Positions 48,997 through 59,091 of a stretch of 64,000 nt of DNA are shown piece by piece (the first letter of the stretch is position 1; every line of letters begins with the position of its first letter). The notes under the pieces were generated by a model, which saw only the letters and a list, made by a program, of their open reading frames with translations, did no database searches and was not told the DNA's origin. This DNA comes from an uncultured Clostridia bacterium (GTDB lineage Bacteria > Bacillota > Clostridia > TANB77 > CAG-508): NCBI GenBank assembly GCA_948676835.1, contig CAPOZU010000007.1, positions 17,908 through 81,907 on the forward strand, given 5' to 3'. Both the position numbers and the translations under genes were made by a program.

Positions 48997-50586
48997 ATGA
49001 AAAAAATAAAAGGATATGTAAATTTTATTTTACATGCACATCTTCCATATATTCATCATCCAGAATGCGATACATATTTGGAAGAAGAATGGCTTTTTGA
49101 AGCAATTTCAGAATGTTATATTCCACTTTTACTTAATTTTAAAAAATTAGAAGAAGAAAAAGTAGATTTTAGATTAACAATGACCATGACACCTACTTTG
49201 TTAAGTATGCTTGATAGTAAACTATTACAGGAAAGATATATAAAATATTTAAATAAACATATAGAGTTATGTGAAAAAGAAGTTAAAAGAACTGTGTATG
49301 AGCCTCGATTAAATAGTTTATCACATTACTATTTAGATAGATATACAAATGATTTACATGTGTTTAGAGATACTTATGGATGTAATATAATTGCTGGATT
49401 TAAGCATTTTCAAGATGCAGGATATTTAGAAATTATAACTTGTGGAGCAACACATGGATATTTTCCAATTCTCTACGTTAATGAAAAAGCTGTAAGGGCT
49501 CAGATTGCTGTTGGTGTTCAAACCTATGAAAAGTATTTTGGAAGAAAACCAAGAGGTATTTGGCTTCCAGAATGCGGCTATGTTCCAGAAGCAGATAAAT
49601 ATTTAAAAGAATTCGGAATAGAGTATACAATAGTTGAAACACATGGAATGCTATATGCTGATCCAACTCCAATATATGGAACTTATGCACCAATAGTATC
49701 TCATGGAGGAGTAGTTGCTTTTGCAAGAGATTTAGAATCTTCAAGACAAGTTTGGAGTTCTATTAATGGATATCCAGGAGATTACAATTATAGAGAATTT
49801 TATAGAGATATAGGATATGATTGTGATTATGATTATATAAAACCTTATATTGCTTGCAATGGTGTAAGAGTAAATACAGGAATAAAATATTATAGAATTA
49901 CAGGAAAAGATTGTCCAAAAGATTATTATGATATTCAGTGGGCACAAGATTCTGTTGAAAAACAGGCTGGACATTTTATGGATTGTAGAACAGCTCAAAT
50001 AAATCATTTATCTAGTTATATGGATGTTCCGCCAATCATTACATGTCCATATGATGCGGAACTTTATGGACATTGGTGGTATGAAGGACCATATTGGTTA
50101 TATATTTTATTTAAAAAAATTTATTATGATGATTGTAACTTTAAGTTAATTACGCCAAGTGAATATATTGATAAATATCCACAAATGCAGGTATCAACAC
50201 CTTGCCGTTCTAGTTGGGGAGCAAATGGGTATAGTGAAGTTTGGCTAAATCCTACAAATGATTATGCACATCGTCATTTGCATAAGGCTGCAGATAGAAT
50301 GTGTGAACTAGCTCAAAGTTATCCAAATGAAGGAGATACATTGAGAAGACAAGCATTAAATCAATGCGCAAGAGAATTACTAATGGCGCAAACTAGTTGT
50401 TGGTTATTTATAATTACAAATGGAACAATGGTTGAATATGCACATAAGGCAATAAAAGAACATATAGGAAGATTTACTAAAATTTATTATCAAATAAAAA
50501 AAGATAAAATTGATGCAAAATTTTTATTAGATGTATTTGATAAAGATGATATTTTTCCAGAAATTGATTATATGATATATTATTAA
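48997..50586 (+). CDS. GH57-family 1,4-alpha-glucan branching enzyme-like protein (DUF1957 containing)
   Basis: GYVNFILHAHLPYIHHPE N-terminus, WLPECGY and ELYGHWWYEGPYWL motifs. Confidence 0.85.
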   Translation: MKKIKGYVNFILHAHLPYIHHPECDTYLEEEWLFEAISECYIPLLLNFKKLEEEKVDFRLTMTMTPTLLSMLDSKLLQERYIKYLNKHIELCEKEVKRTVYEPRLNSLSHYYLDRYTNDLHVFRDTYGCNIIAGFKHFQDAGYLEIITCGATHGYFPILYVNEKAVRAQIAVGVQTYEKYFGRKPRGIWLPECGYVPEADKYLKEFGIEYTIVETHGMLYADPTPIYGTYAPIVSHGGVVAFARDLESSRQVWSSINGYPGDYNYREFYRDIGYDCDYDYIKPYIACNGVRVNTGIKYYRITGKDCPKDYYDIQWAQDSVEKQAGHFMDCRTAQINHLSSYMDVPPIITCPYDAELYGHWWYEGPYWLYILFKKIYYDDCNFKLITPSEYIDKYPQMQVSTPCRSSWGANGYSEVWLNPTNDYAHRHLHKAADRMCELAQSYPNEGDTLRRQALNQCARELLMAQTSCWLFIITNGTMVEYAHKAIKEHIGRFTKIYYQIKKDKIDAKFLLDVFDKDDIFPEIDYMIYY

Positions 50587-50601
50587 GAAAGGAAGTAAAA
50601 A

Positions 50602-50934
50602 ATGAACGTATATGATGCAGTAAACAATTTAGCAAGAGCTATAAAAGATTCAAATGAATACAAAGAGTATAAAGAAATTAAAGAAAGAATTGTAAAAGAG
50701 CCAGAATTAAAATCTCAAATAGATGAATTTGAAAAAATTCGTTATGAAGAACAACTTCTTGCTATGCAAGGAGAGAAACAAAGCGAAGAAAAAATGGCAA
50801 AATTACAAGAATTATATAAAATATTAGTACAAAATCCAGATGTTAAAGAATATTTTGATAAAGAAGTTAAATTTAATGTTATGATTGCGGACATAAACAA
50901 AATAATTGGGGAAGCAATAAAAGATGTGTTGTAG
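50602..50934 (+). CDS. ylbF: YlbF/YmcA family regulator
   Basis: 110 aa helical protein. VYDAVNNLARAIKDSNEYKEYKEIKERI is typical of UPF0342/YlbF. Confidence 0.7.
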   Translation: MNVYDAVNNLARAIKDSNEYKEYKEIKERIVKEPELKSQIDEFEKIRYEEQLLAMQGEKQSEEKMAKLQELYKILVQNPDVKEYFDKEVKFNVMIADINKIIGEAIKDVL

Positions 50935-50940
50935 ATTAAA

Positions 50941-50980
50941 GATGGAATTTAGGGATGTTCCTTAAATTTCATCTTTTTTT
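50941..50980 (+). terminator. Rho-independent terminator (GTGAAATTTAGG palindrome family)
   Basis: gatggaatttagggatgttccttaaatttcatc followed by ttttttt. Confidence 0.8.
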
Positions 50981-51051
50981 ATAAAAAATCTATCTTTTAT
51001 TCAACTTTTGTTATATAATATTGTAGAAAATTTGTATTTTGGGAGAAAAGG

Positions 51052-52740
51052 ATGAACAAAAAATGGGAATTTTATAATCAAGAAACAGACAAGGTAAATA
51101 AATTAGTAGAAAAATTCAAAATTTCAGAATTACTTGCCACAGTCTTGGTTAATAGAAATATAGTAGAAAATGAAGATGTAGAATTATTTTTAAATCCAAC
51201 AAGAAATGATTTTCATGATCCATACTTAATGCCAGATATGAAAGCAGCAGTTCAGAGAATTATAAATGCAATAAAAAACAAAGAAAAAACAATAATATAT
51301 GGGGATTATGATGTTGATGGCATTACAAGTATAACTGTTTTATCAAAGTTTCTTAAAGAAAGAGGATTAAATGTAGAATCTTACATACCAAATCGTTTAA
51401 ATGAGGGGTATGGTTTAAATAAAGCTGCAATTAAAAAAATTGCAGATGAAGGATTTAAATTAATAATAACTGTTGATTGTGGAATTTCTGGGACAGAAGA
51501 AGTAGAATATGCATATAATTTGGGAATGGAAGTTATAGTTACAGATCATCATGAGCCTTTAGATGAGCTTCCTAAAGCTTTAGCGGTAATAGATTGTAAA
51601 AGGAAAGATAGTAAATACCCATTTAATAGTTTAGCAGGTGTTGGTGTTGCTTTTAAATTAATACAAGCTATTGGGTTGGAACTAAAAATAGATGAAAAAG
51701 AATATTTAAAATATTTAGATATAGTTGCTATTGGAACAATTTCAGATATAGTGCCATTAGTTGATGAAAATAGAGTTATAGCAAAACTTGGATTAAAACT
51801 TGTTGAAGTTACTCGTTCTCCAGGAGTTAGAGCATTACTTAATGCTGCTGGATATAAAGAAGTAAATTCAAATACAGTATCTTTTGGAATAGCGCCTAGA
51901 ATAAATGCCTGTGGAAGAATGGGACATGAAAGAGATGCATTAAATTTATTTCTTACAGAAAATATTGTAGAAGCTAATAGAATTACTAATATTTTAAATG
52001 AGTATAATAAAGATAGACAAAATATAGAAAAAAGAATTTTTGAAGAAGTTGTAGCAAAAATAGAATCAGAACATTTAGATAAAAAAAATAGTATAGTACT
52101 AGGAGCAGAAAACTGGCATCATGGAGTTATAGGGATTGTAGCTTCTAAAATCACAGAACTTTATTTTAAACCTAGTATATTAGTGTGTTTTGAAGGAAAT
52201 GAAGGAAAGGGATCAGGAAGAAGTATTCCTGGATTTGATTTACATGCAGCGTTATGTGCCACAAGTGATTATTTAGAAAAATATGGTGGACATGAAATGG
52301 CTGTTGGACTTAGTTTAAAAAGGAATAAATTTGAAGATTTTAGAAAAGTTTTTGAAGAAAAAGCAGAAGAATCTCATACAGAAGAAATTATACCAGTAAT
52401 AAAGATAGATAAAGAAATTGAATTAAAAGATTTATCTTTAGAAAATGTTAAAAGCTTAAATTTATTAGAGCCATTTGGAGAAGCTAATAAAACACCTATA
52501 TTTATTTATAGAAATTTAAGAATTGATTCTATTAGAGCTCTATCAGAAGGTAAACATTTAAAACTAACATTAAAAGATAAAAATACAATAATAAATGCTA
52601 TTGGATTTAATATGGGCATGTATTCAGAAGAATATCAATTAGGAGATAAAATTGATGTAATAGGAGTATTGGAAATTAATTCTTTTAATGGAATGGAATG
52701 TGTACAAATTAATATGAAAGATATTAGAAAATCATATTAA
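51052..52740 (+). CDS. recJ: Single-stranded-DNA-specific exonuclease RecJ
   Basis: DPYLMPDM, IYGDYDVDGITS, TVDCGIS, VTDHH and GGHEMAVGLS motifs. Confidence 0.92.
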   Translation: MNKKWEFYNQETDKVNKLVEKFKISELLATVLVNRNIVENEDVELFLNPTRNDFHDPYLMPDMKAAVQRIINAIKNKEKTIIYGDYDVDGITSITVLSKFLKERGLNVESYIPNRLNEGYGLNKAAIKKIADEGFKLIITVDCGISGTEEVEYAYNLGMEVIVTDHHEPLDELPKALAVIDCKRKDSKYPFNSLAGVGVAFKLIQAIGLELKIDEKEYLKYLDIVAIGTISDIVPLVDENRVIAKLGLKLVEVTRSPGVRALLNAAGYKEVNSNTVSFGIAPRINACGRMGHERDALNLFLTENIVEANRITNILNEYNKDRQNIEKRIFEEVVAKIESEHLDKKNSIVLGAENWHHGVIGIVASKITELYFKPSILVCFEGNEGKGSGRSIPGFDLHAALCATSDYLEKYGGHEMAVGLSLKRNKFEDFRKVFEEKAEESHTEEIIPVIKIDKEIELKDLSLENVKSLNLLEPFGEANKTPIFIYRNLRIDSIRALSEGKHLKLTLKDKNTIINAIGFNMGMYSEEYQLGDKIDVIGVLEINSFNGMECVQINMKDIRKSY

Positions 52741-52761
52741 TTTGTTTAGGGGGAGTTAAAT

Positions 52762-54954
52762 ATGACAGAAAACAAAACAATTGATGATATTATAAATAAA
52801 CAATTAGAAACATATCCAAATTCAGATGTGGCTTTAATAAGAAGAGCATATGAATATGCGAATAAAAATCATGGTGACCAGTGTAGAAAATCAGGAGAAC
52901 CATATATGATTCATCCAACTAATGTTGCCTATATTTTAGCAGAACTTGGTATGGATGATGAAACATTGTGTGCAGCACTTCTTCATGATGTTGTTGAAGA
53001 TACACCAGTAACACATGAAGATTTAGTTAGGGATTTTGGAGAAGCAATTGCTGAAATGGTAGCAGGTGTTACAAAGCTTGGTACATTAAGATATACTTCA
53101 AAGGAAGAAGAACAAGTTGAAAATTATAGAAAAATGTTTTTAGCAATGGGAAAAGATATAAGAGTTATTCTTATTAAGCTTGCAGATAGACTTCATAATA
53201 TGAGAACATTAAGATTTTTAACTCGTGATAGACAAATTGCAAATGCAAAGGAAACACAAGATTTATATGCTCCTCTTGCAAATAGACTTGGTATTTATTC
53301 TTTAAAATGGGAACTTGAAGATTTAAGTTTTAAATATTTACATCCAGAAGAATATCATGAAATTGTAACTGGATTAGATAGAAAAAGAGAAGAAAGACTT
53401 AAATTTATAGAAAAAATTCAAGATGATTTAGATAATGAAATAAAAGTACAAGGAATAAAAGCAGAAGTTACAGGTAGAGCAAAACATTTATATAGTATAT
53501 ATAGAAAAATGCAAAGAGATAATAAAACTTTAGATCAAATATATGATTTATTTGCTTTAAGAATTCTTGTAGATAATGTAAAAGATTGTTATTCTGTACT
53601 TGGTATTGTACATGAAATGTATACACCAATGCCAGGAAGATTTAAAGATTATATTGCTGTTCCAAAGAAAAATATGTATCAATCTATACATACAACTTTA
53701 CTTGGACCAAAAGGAACGCCATTTGAAGTTCAAATTCGTACTTGGGAAATGCATAGAATAGCTGAGTTTGGTATTGCTGCACACTGGGCATATAAAGAAG
53801 CTAGTAATCAGGGAACAAAAAAATCTGTTGTTGTTACATCAGATAAACTTGCTTGGCTTCGTGAAACATTAGAATGGCAAAAAAATACTGAAAATCCAAA
53901 TGAATTTTTAAATACATTAAAACAAGAATTATTTGAAGATGAAGTATATATATTTACACCAAAAGGTATGATAAAAGTTTTACCTAAAGGTGCTACTCCT
54001 ATAGATTTTGCATATAGTATCCATGAACAAATTGGTCATAAAATGGTAGGATGTAAAATCAATAGTAAAATGATGCCAATTATTACACAATTAAGAAATG
54101 GTGATATTGTAGAAATCATTACCTCTGAACAGTCAAAAGGACCTAGTCATGATTGGCTAAAATTTGTAAAAAGTTCTTCTGCAAAATCTAGAATTAATCA
54201 ATGGTTTAAAAGAGCGCAAAGAAGTGAAAACATTGAAAAAGGAAAAGATTTAATAGAAAAAGAAGTAAAAAAGCTTGGAATAAAATATTCAGATATTGTA
54301 AAACCAGAATGGTTACAACTTGCAATGGATAGATATAAGTTTGCAACCCCAGATGATTTATATGCAAGTATTGGTTTTGGTGGAATATCTGTGAATAAAT
54401 TAATGGCAAGGCTTTTAGATGAGTATAGAAAAGAGCATGAAGAAGAAGATTTAGAACAGAAAATAGAAGAATTAGCTCAAGCAAAACCAGTAAGACCTAA
54501 AAATTCTAAAACAGGTATTGTTGTTAAAGGAATAGATAATTGTTTAGTAAAATTATCAAAATGTTGTAATCCGTTACCAGGAGATGAAATCGTCGGATAT
54601 ATAACTAAAGGAAGAGGTGTTTCAGTTCATCGTACAGATTGCACAAATGTTAAAGATTTACTAAATGAAGAAAATAGAATGATAGATGTATATTGGTTTG
54701 ATGATGTTAATGGCTCTTATAAAGTTGAGATAGAAATTTTAGCAAATGATAGAAATGGATTATTAAGAGATATAATAAAACAAGTGGAAAATAATAAGGT
54801 GAAATTAACTGGAATGAATACAAAAACAACAAAGGAAAATATTGCAGTAATAGATATTTCACTTGAAGTACTAAATACAGAAATGTTAAATAAAGTTATT
54901 TCTTCTTTTAGAAATGTTGAAAGTGTTTATGATGTAAATAGAAAAAGAGGTTAA
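52762..54954 (+). CDS. relA: Bifunctional (p)ppGpp synthetase/hydrolase (RelA/SpoT homolog)
   Basis: HD domain (HPTNVAYILA...LLHDVVEDT), synthetase (YRKMQRD...DLFALRILV), then TGS and ACT domains. Confidence 0.93.
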   Translation: MTENKTIDDIINKQLETYPNSDVALIRRAYEYANKNHGDQCRKSGEPYMIHPTNVAYILAELGMDDETLCAALLHDVVEDTPVTHEDLVRDFGEAIAEMVAGVTKLGTLRYTSKEEEQVENYRKMFLAMGKDIRVILIKLADRLHNMRTLRFLTRDRQIANAKETQDLYAPLANRLGIYSLKWELEDLSFKYLHPEEYHEIVTGLDRKREERLKFIEKIQDDLDNEIKVQGIKAEVTGRAKHLYSIYRKMQRDNKTLDQIYDLFALRILVDNVKDCYSVLGIVHEMYTPMPGRFKDYIAVPKKNMYQSIHTTLLGPKGTPFEVQIRTWEMHRIAEFGIAAHWAYKEASNQGTKKSVVVTSDKLAWLRETLEWQKNTENPNEFLNTLKQELFEDEVYIFTPKGMIKVLPKGATPIDFAYSIHEQIGHKMVGCKINSKMMPIITQLRNGDIVEIITSEQSKGPSHDWLKFVKSSSAKSRINQWFKRAQRSENIEKGKDLIEKEVKKLGIKYSDIVKPEWLQLAMDRYKFATPDDLYASIGFGGISVNKLMARLLDEYRKEHEEEDLEQKIEELAQAKPVRPKNSKTGIVVKGIDNCLVKLSKCCNPLPGDEIVGYITKGRGVSVHRTDCTNVKDLLNEENRMIDVYWFDDVNGSYKVEIEILANDRNGLLRDIIKQVENNKVKLTGMNTKTTKENIAVIDISLEVLNTEMLNKVISSFRNVESVYDVNRKRG

Positions 54955-54959
54955 ATAAG

Positions 54960-55610
54960 ATGATACTAAAGAGATTACAAGTAATAACTCCACAAAAGGG
55001 GTTAAAAACAAATTCATATATAATTTGTGATGAAAAATCAAAAGAAGCTATGGTTATAGATCCTGGTGGAGAGCCAGAAAGAATTGCAGAAACTTTAGAT
55101 ATATTAGGCGCAAATTTAAAATATATATTTTTAACTCATTGTCATGCAGACCATATTGGTGGAATTGCTGAATTAAAGAAAATAAAAGGCGGAAAAATAT
55201 TAGTAAGTAGACCTGATAGTGAAGGGTTATATAAAAAAGAAATAAATTTAGCGGAATACATTAATATGGAAGTTCCAGAACTTGAAGCAGATTCAAGAGT
55301 TGATGATGAAGATTTGATTCATATAGGAGAAATCGAGTTTAAAGTTATAGCAACTCCAGGACATACAAAAGGTGGACTTTGTTTATATGCTGAAAACGAA
55401 GGCTTAGTTTTTACAGGAGATACGATGTTTTCTGGAACTTGGGGAAGAACTGATCTTCCAACAGGAAGTTTTGTAGAATTAATAACTTCAATTACTGATA
55501 GATTAATGCCGCTTCCAGATGATACAATTGTTTATCCAGGACATGGAAAAATTACAATGATACAAGACGAAAGAAATATTTATATAGAATTAAGAGAAAA
55601 AGATTTCTAA
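54960..55610 (+). CDS. MBL-fold metallo-hydrolase (hydroxyacylglutathione hydrolase-like)
   Basis: THCHADHIGG motif, TPGHTKGG and a late GH motif. Confidence 0.85.
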   Translation: MILKRLQVITPQKGLKTNSYIICDEKSKEAMVIDPGGEPERIAETLDILGANLKYIFLTHCHADHIGGIAELKKIKGGKILVSRPDSEGLYKKEINLAEYINMEVPELEADSRVDDEDLIHIGEIEFKVIATPGHTKGGLCLYAENEGLVFTGDTMFSGTWGRTDLPTGSFVELITSITDRLMPLPDDTIVYPGHGKITMIQDERNIYIELREKDF

Positions 55611-55631
55611 GCCGTAGATTTCTAAGCCGTA
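55602..55631 (+). repeat. Perfect 15-bp tandem duplication spanning the MBL gene stop codon
   Basis: gatttctaagccgta occurs twice in tandem (55602-55616 and 55617-55631). Confidence 0.85.
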
Positions 55632-55688
55632 GGAATGAAATGACGTACGGATTAGTTATGCTATGGATTTTATAGGGAGGAATAAAAA

Positions 55689-56945
55689 ATGATACAAAAA
55701 CCAAAAGGAACTAAAGATCTTTTGCCAAATGAAAGTTATAAATGGCAAGAAGTTGAAAATAAAGTAAAAAAAGTATTAGAAAGTTATAATTTTAAAGAAA
55801 TAAGAGTACCTGTTTTTGAACATACAGAATTATTCCAAAGAGGTGTTGGAGAAACAACAGATGTTGTACAAAAAGAAATGTATACATTTGATGATAAAGG
55901 TGGAAGAAGTATTACTTTAAGACCAGAAGGTACTGCTGGAGTAGTTAGAGCATTTTTAGAAAATGGTATGGGAAGTATGCCAAGTCCAGTTAAACTATGG
56001 TATAACATGGGAATGTATAGGTATGAAAATGTTCAAAAGGGTAGACTTAGAGAATTTCATCAAATAGGTGCAGAGCTAATTGGCTCAAGTAGTTATTTAG
56101 CTGATGTAGAGGTTATTTTATTAGGAAAAAGTATGTTTGACAGCTTAAATATTCCAAATATAAAATTAACTATTAATAGCATAGGATGTCCAAAATGTAG
56201 AGGAGAATATCAAAAAGTATTAAAAGAATTTATTGGAAAGAACCTAGACGAATATTGTGATACTTGCAAAACAAGATTTGAAAAAAATCCAATGAGAATA
56301 CTAGATTGTAAAGAAAAAAGATGTAAAGAACTAAATGTTGGTGCTCCAATGATGATAGACTACCTATGTGATGAATGTAAAGAACATTTTGAAAATGTAA
56401 AATCAATGCTTAACTCTGCAAATGTAAAGTTTGAAATTGATGCAGGAATTGTTAGAGGTCTAGATTATTATACAAAAACAGTATTTGAATTTATAGATGA
56501 AAAATCAGGATTAACAGTTCTAGGTGGAGGAAGGTATGACGGATTAGTAGAAGAATTTGGTGGACAACACACTCCAGCTGTTGGATTTGCTACAGGCGTT
56601 GAAAGATTAATGGAAATGTACAATGAAAATAATCCTGAAAGTGAAGATAAAAAGCCTGATTTATATATTTTATCAATTGGTGAAGCCGAGAATAAAAAAG
56701 CACTAGAATTAACAAATCTTCTAAGAAAAGACGGATTAATGATAGAAAAAGATATATTTGAAAGAAGTTTTAAAGCTCAAATGAAATATGCTGATAAAAT
56801 AGGTGCAAAAAATTTAATTGTTATTGGAGAAAATGAATTAAATTCTAATATAGCAAAAATCAAAAATATGTCAACAGGAGAAGAAAATCCAATACAATTA
56901 AACAATAATGATATTAAAAATTATTTGAATAATAATATTTTTTAA
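55689..56945 (+). CDS. hisS: Histidine--tRNA ligase
   Basis: PKGTKDLLP, LRPEGTAGVVRA, FHQIGAELIG and GGGRYDGLV class II motifs. Confidence 0.93.
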   Translation: MIQKPKGTKDLLPNESYKWQEVENKVKKVLESYNFKEIRVPVFEHTELFQRGVGETTDVVQKEMYTFDDKGGRSITLRPEGTAGVVRAFLENGMGSMPSPVKLWYNMGMYRYENVQKGRLREFHQIGAELIGSSSYLADVEVILLGKSMFDSLNIPNIKLTINSIGCPKCRGEYQKVLKEFIGKNLDEYCDTCKTRFEKNPMRILDCKEKRCKELNVGAPMMIDYLCDECKEHFENVKSMLNSANVKFEIDAGIVRGLDYYTKTVFEFIDEKSGLTVLGGGRYDGLVEEFGGQHTPAVGFATGVERLMEMYNENNPESEDKKPDLYILSIGEAENKKALELTNLLRKDGLMIEKDIFERSFKAQMKYADKIGAKNLIVIGENELNSNIAKIKNMSTGEENPIQLNNNDIKNYLNNNIF

Positions 56946-56948
56946 CTA

Positions 56949-57067
56949 TTAAAAGTAATATATAAATTTTTTAAAGTTCAGGGCCTGAATGGCGGGAACC
57001 GATATTTGTTGAAGGCTTTCAACAAATATTGGGCAAAACTTTAAAAAATTTCATATATTACTTTTAA
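56949..57067. repeat. Long inverted-repeat element C (30-bp arms, GC-richer core, inner hairpin)
   Basis: ttaaaagtaatatataaattttttaaagtt pairs with aactttaaaaaatttcatatattacttttaa (one bulge). Inner hairpin atatttgttgaaggctttcaacaaatat (57002-57029). Confidence 0.7.
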
Positions 57068-57152
57068 TTTTATACTTATTTATTATTCAAATAATTTTTA
57101 ATATCATATTTTTTATTTTCTTTAATATAATTTTAATATTGGAGAGAATAGT

Positions 57153-58337
57153 ATGATTAATTTGACGGTTATAAATGTAAAAGATATTTTTAAAGTATTA
57201 AAAAAGATAATGTTTGTTGTTGCATTCACATTTATTTTAATGAGTGGTTTTGGTAAATTAGAATTTAATATGGAATACTTAAAAAACAAAATTAGCTTTA
57301 ATAATAAAGTAATTGATGATAGTATAATAATTTCTAATTATTATAATGTTAATACATCAAAAAAGGAAAGTGGTTTAAAAAAGATACTTGTTTCTGAATT
57401 TGCTTTATTTTCTAATGAAGAGGAATTGATGGAAAAAGAAAACCAAGAAGAAACTTTAGAGTTTGAAGAAATAAATTCACAAAGCAATAATGAGAATATA
57501 AATAATAATGATAAATTAGATATAAATTATGAATCTCTCGAAAATGCAACTTATAATATGAATAATGTGAAATCAATTGCGGAAACTACAGTAATTAAAG
57601 AAAATAATAAAACAGATGCTTATACAAATACATATAAAAGTGTAAAAATAAAAAATGAATCATCTTACAATTTAACAGAAGAAATGGTTTTGCCTAATGT
57701 GGATTTTCAAAATAAAGAAGATATTATAATATATCATACACATACATGTGAGAGTTATACTCCAACAGAAGCCAATAATTATGTAGCAAGTGGGAACTTT
57801 AGAACAATAGATTTAAATTATAGTGTAGCAAGAGTTGGAACAGAACTTACAAATAATTTATTAAGTTTAGGATTTAATGTTAATCATAATACAACTTATC
57901 ACGATTATCCAGCATATACAGGATCATATACAAGATCTTTGTCAACTATAAAAGAAATGCTTTCTAAAAATCCAACTTCTGAATTTATTATAGATTTACA
58001 TAGAGATGCAATTGGTAGTATGAGTAATTATGCACCATCAGTTAAAATAGGAGATGATATAGGAGCACAATTAATGTTTGTTATAGGTACAGATGGTGGA
58101 GGATTGGATCATAAAGATTGGTTATATAATTTTAAACTTGCAGTAAAAATTCAGGAAAAAGCAAATGAAATGTATCCAGGATTATTTAAACCTATAATAT
58201 TAAGAAATTCGAGATATAATCAACATGTTTCAAAGGGAGCGTGTATAATAGAAGTTGGTGCTACAGGAAATACTATTGAACAATGTAATACTAGTATGAA
58301 ATATTTAGCTAAAGTTATTGGAGAAGTTATGAAATAA
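57153..58337 (+). CDS. spoIIP: Stage II sporulation protein P
   Basis: The C-terminal amidase-like domain (IIIYHTHTCESY...IDLHRDA...NQHVSKGACIIEVG) matches SpoIIP. Confidence 0.85.
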   Translation: MINLTVINVKDIFKVLKKIMFVVAFTFILMSGFGKLEFNMEYLKNKISFNNKVIDDSIIISNYYNVNTSKKESGLKKILVSEFALFSNEEELMEKENQEETLEFEEINSQSNNENINNNDKLDINYESLENATYNMNNVKSIAETTVIKENNKTDAYTNTYKSVKIKNESSYNLTEEMVLPNVDFQNKEDIIIYHTHTCESYTPTEANNYVASGNFRTIDLNYSVARVGTELTNNLLSLGFNVNHNTTYHDYPAYTGSYTRSLSTIKEMLSKNPTSEFIIDLHRDAIGSMSNYAPSVKIGDDIGAQLMFVIGTDGGGLDHKDWLYNFKLAVKIQEKANEMYPGLFKPIILRNSRYNQHVSKGACIIEVGATGNTIEQCNTSMKYLAKVIGEVMK

Positions 58338-58344
58338 ATAAATT

Positions 58345-58373
58345 TTGACGAGCTTAACATAATATGCTATAAT
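58345..58373 (+). promoter_or_regulatory. Promoter of paralog-array gene 1
   Basis: TTGACG, 17-nt spacer agcttaacataatatgc, TATAAT. Near-identical to the 59014 copy. Confidence 0.6.
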
Positions 58374-58423
58374 GGATACGTAGCGTTTTAAACAATAACA
58401 TTTTAAGAAAGGTTGGTAGAATT

Positions 58424-58912
58424 ATGATGAATGAGAACATTAAGAAGGTTTACGTGGAGCTGATTGACATCGAGAACACCCTGATGCATTCTGAGGCTAT
58501 GGGCAATCTGCCTATCTTGGAGTGTGTGGACCGGATGTCTGCCTGCGTAACTCCGCTTCTGGACGAAGAACAGTATGCATTCTTCGCGGCGAGCCTCCAG
58601 CAGTATGCTAAGGACTATGACGCCATGAAAATCGAACTGGACTTCATCAAGAAGTATCTTTCCAAGCTTATCGAGCTGATTGAAGTGACCAACAAGCCGG
58701 ATCGCTCCGAAGAGGCCAAGGCAATGTATGAAGGTGCCAAAGCTGTATGCGGAGATATCGCAAGTACTGTCCAGACTGGCTTTCATGCCGCCAAAGAGAC
58801 AGTGAAGGCTGAAGGCCCCAGGTATGCTGCCGAGGCGGTGAGCACCCTGAGGGGGATGGGAAGGAAAATCGGTGATGGCTTCAAAAGATGGCTGGAAGAA
58901 GACGAAGAATGA
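58424..58912 (+). CDS. Unknown-function helical protein, paralog array member 1
   Basis: 162 aa. The C-terminal ...GDGFKRWLEEDEE is shared in pattern with members 2 and 3 (NWLREDK, NWLNSDKEA). Markedly GC-richer. The antisense ORF 58403..58942 is judged a shadow. Confidence 0.65.
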   Translation: MMNENIKKVYVELIDIENTLMHSEAMGNLPILECVDRMSACVTPLLDEEQYAFFAASLQQYAKDYDAMKIELDFIKKYLSKLIELIEVTNKPDRSEEAKAMYEGAKAVCGDIASTVQTGFHAAKETVKAEGPRYAAEAVSTLRGMGRKIGDGFKRWLEEDEE

Positions 58913-58980
58913 GATTCTGACAGCAAAGAAGAGTAAAGCCAACTTATATTTTCACACGACAATTGAATAGAAGACCTTGT

Positions 58981-59008
58981 GGCGGGAAGAAAATTTCTTA
59001 CCGCCATT
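58981..59008 (+). terminator. Hairpin between array members 1 and 2
   Basis: ggcgggaag-aaaattt-cttaccgcc. The T-tract is weak. Confidence 0.45.
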
Positions 59009-59013
59009 CTTAA

Positions 59014-59042
59014 TTGACAAACTTAACATAATATGATAAAAT
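59014..59042 (+). promoter_or_regulatory. Promoter of paralog-array gene 2 (duplicate of 58345 promoter)
   Basis: TTGACA, 17-nt spacer aacttaacataatatga, TAAAAT. The same gaaaggttggta RBS context follows. Confidence 0.55.
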
Positions 59043-59091
59043 CATGCAGTAACATTTAAATTTAAAAACTTATGAAAGGTTGGTAAACATC

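Noticed and set aside
55611-55688. T-box leader upstream of hisS
   Set aside because: The spacer is only 78 nt with no specifier-loop or T-box sequence. That is too short for a T-box riboswitch.
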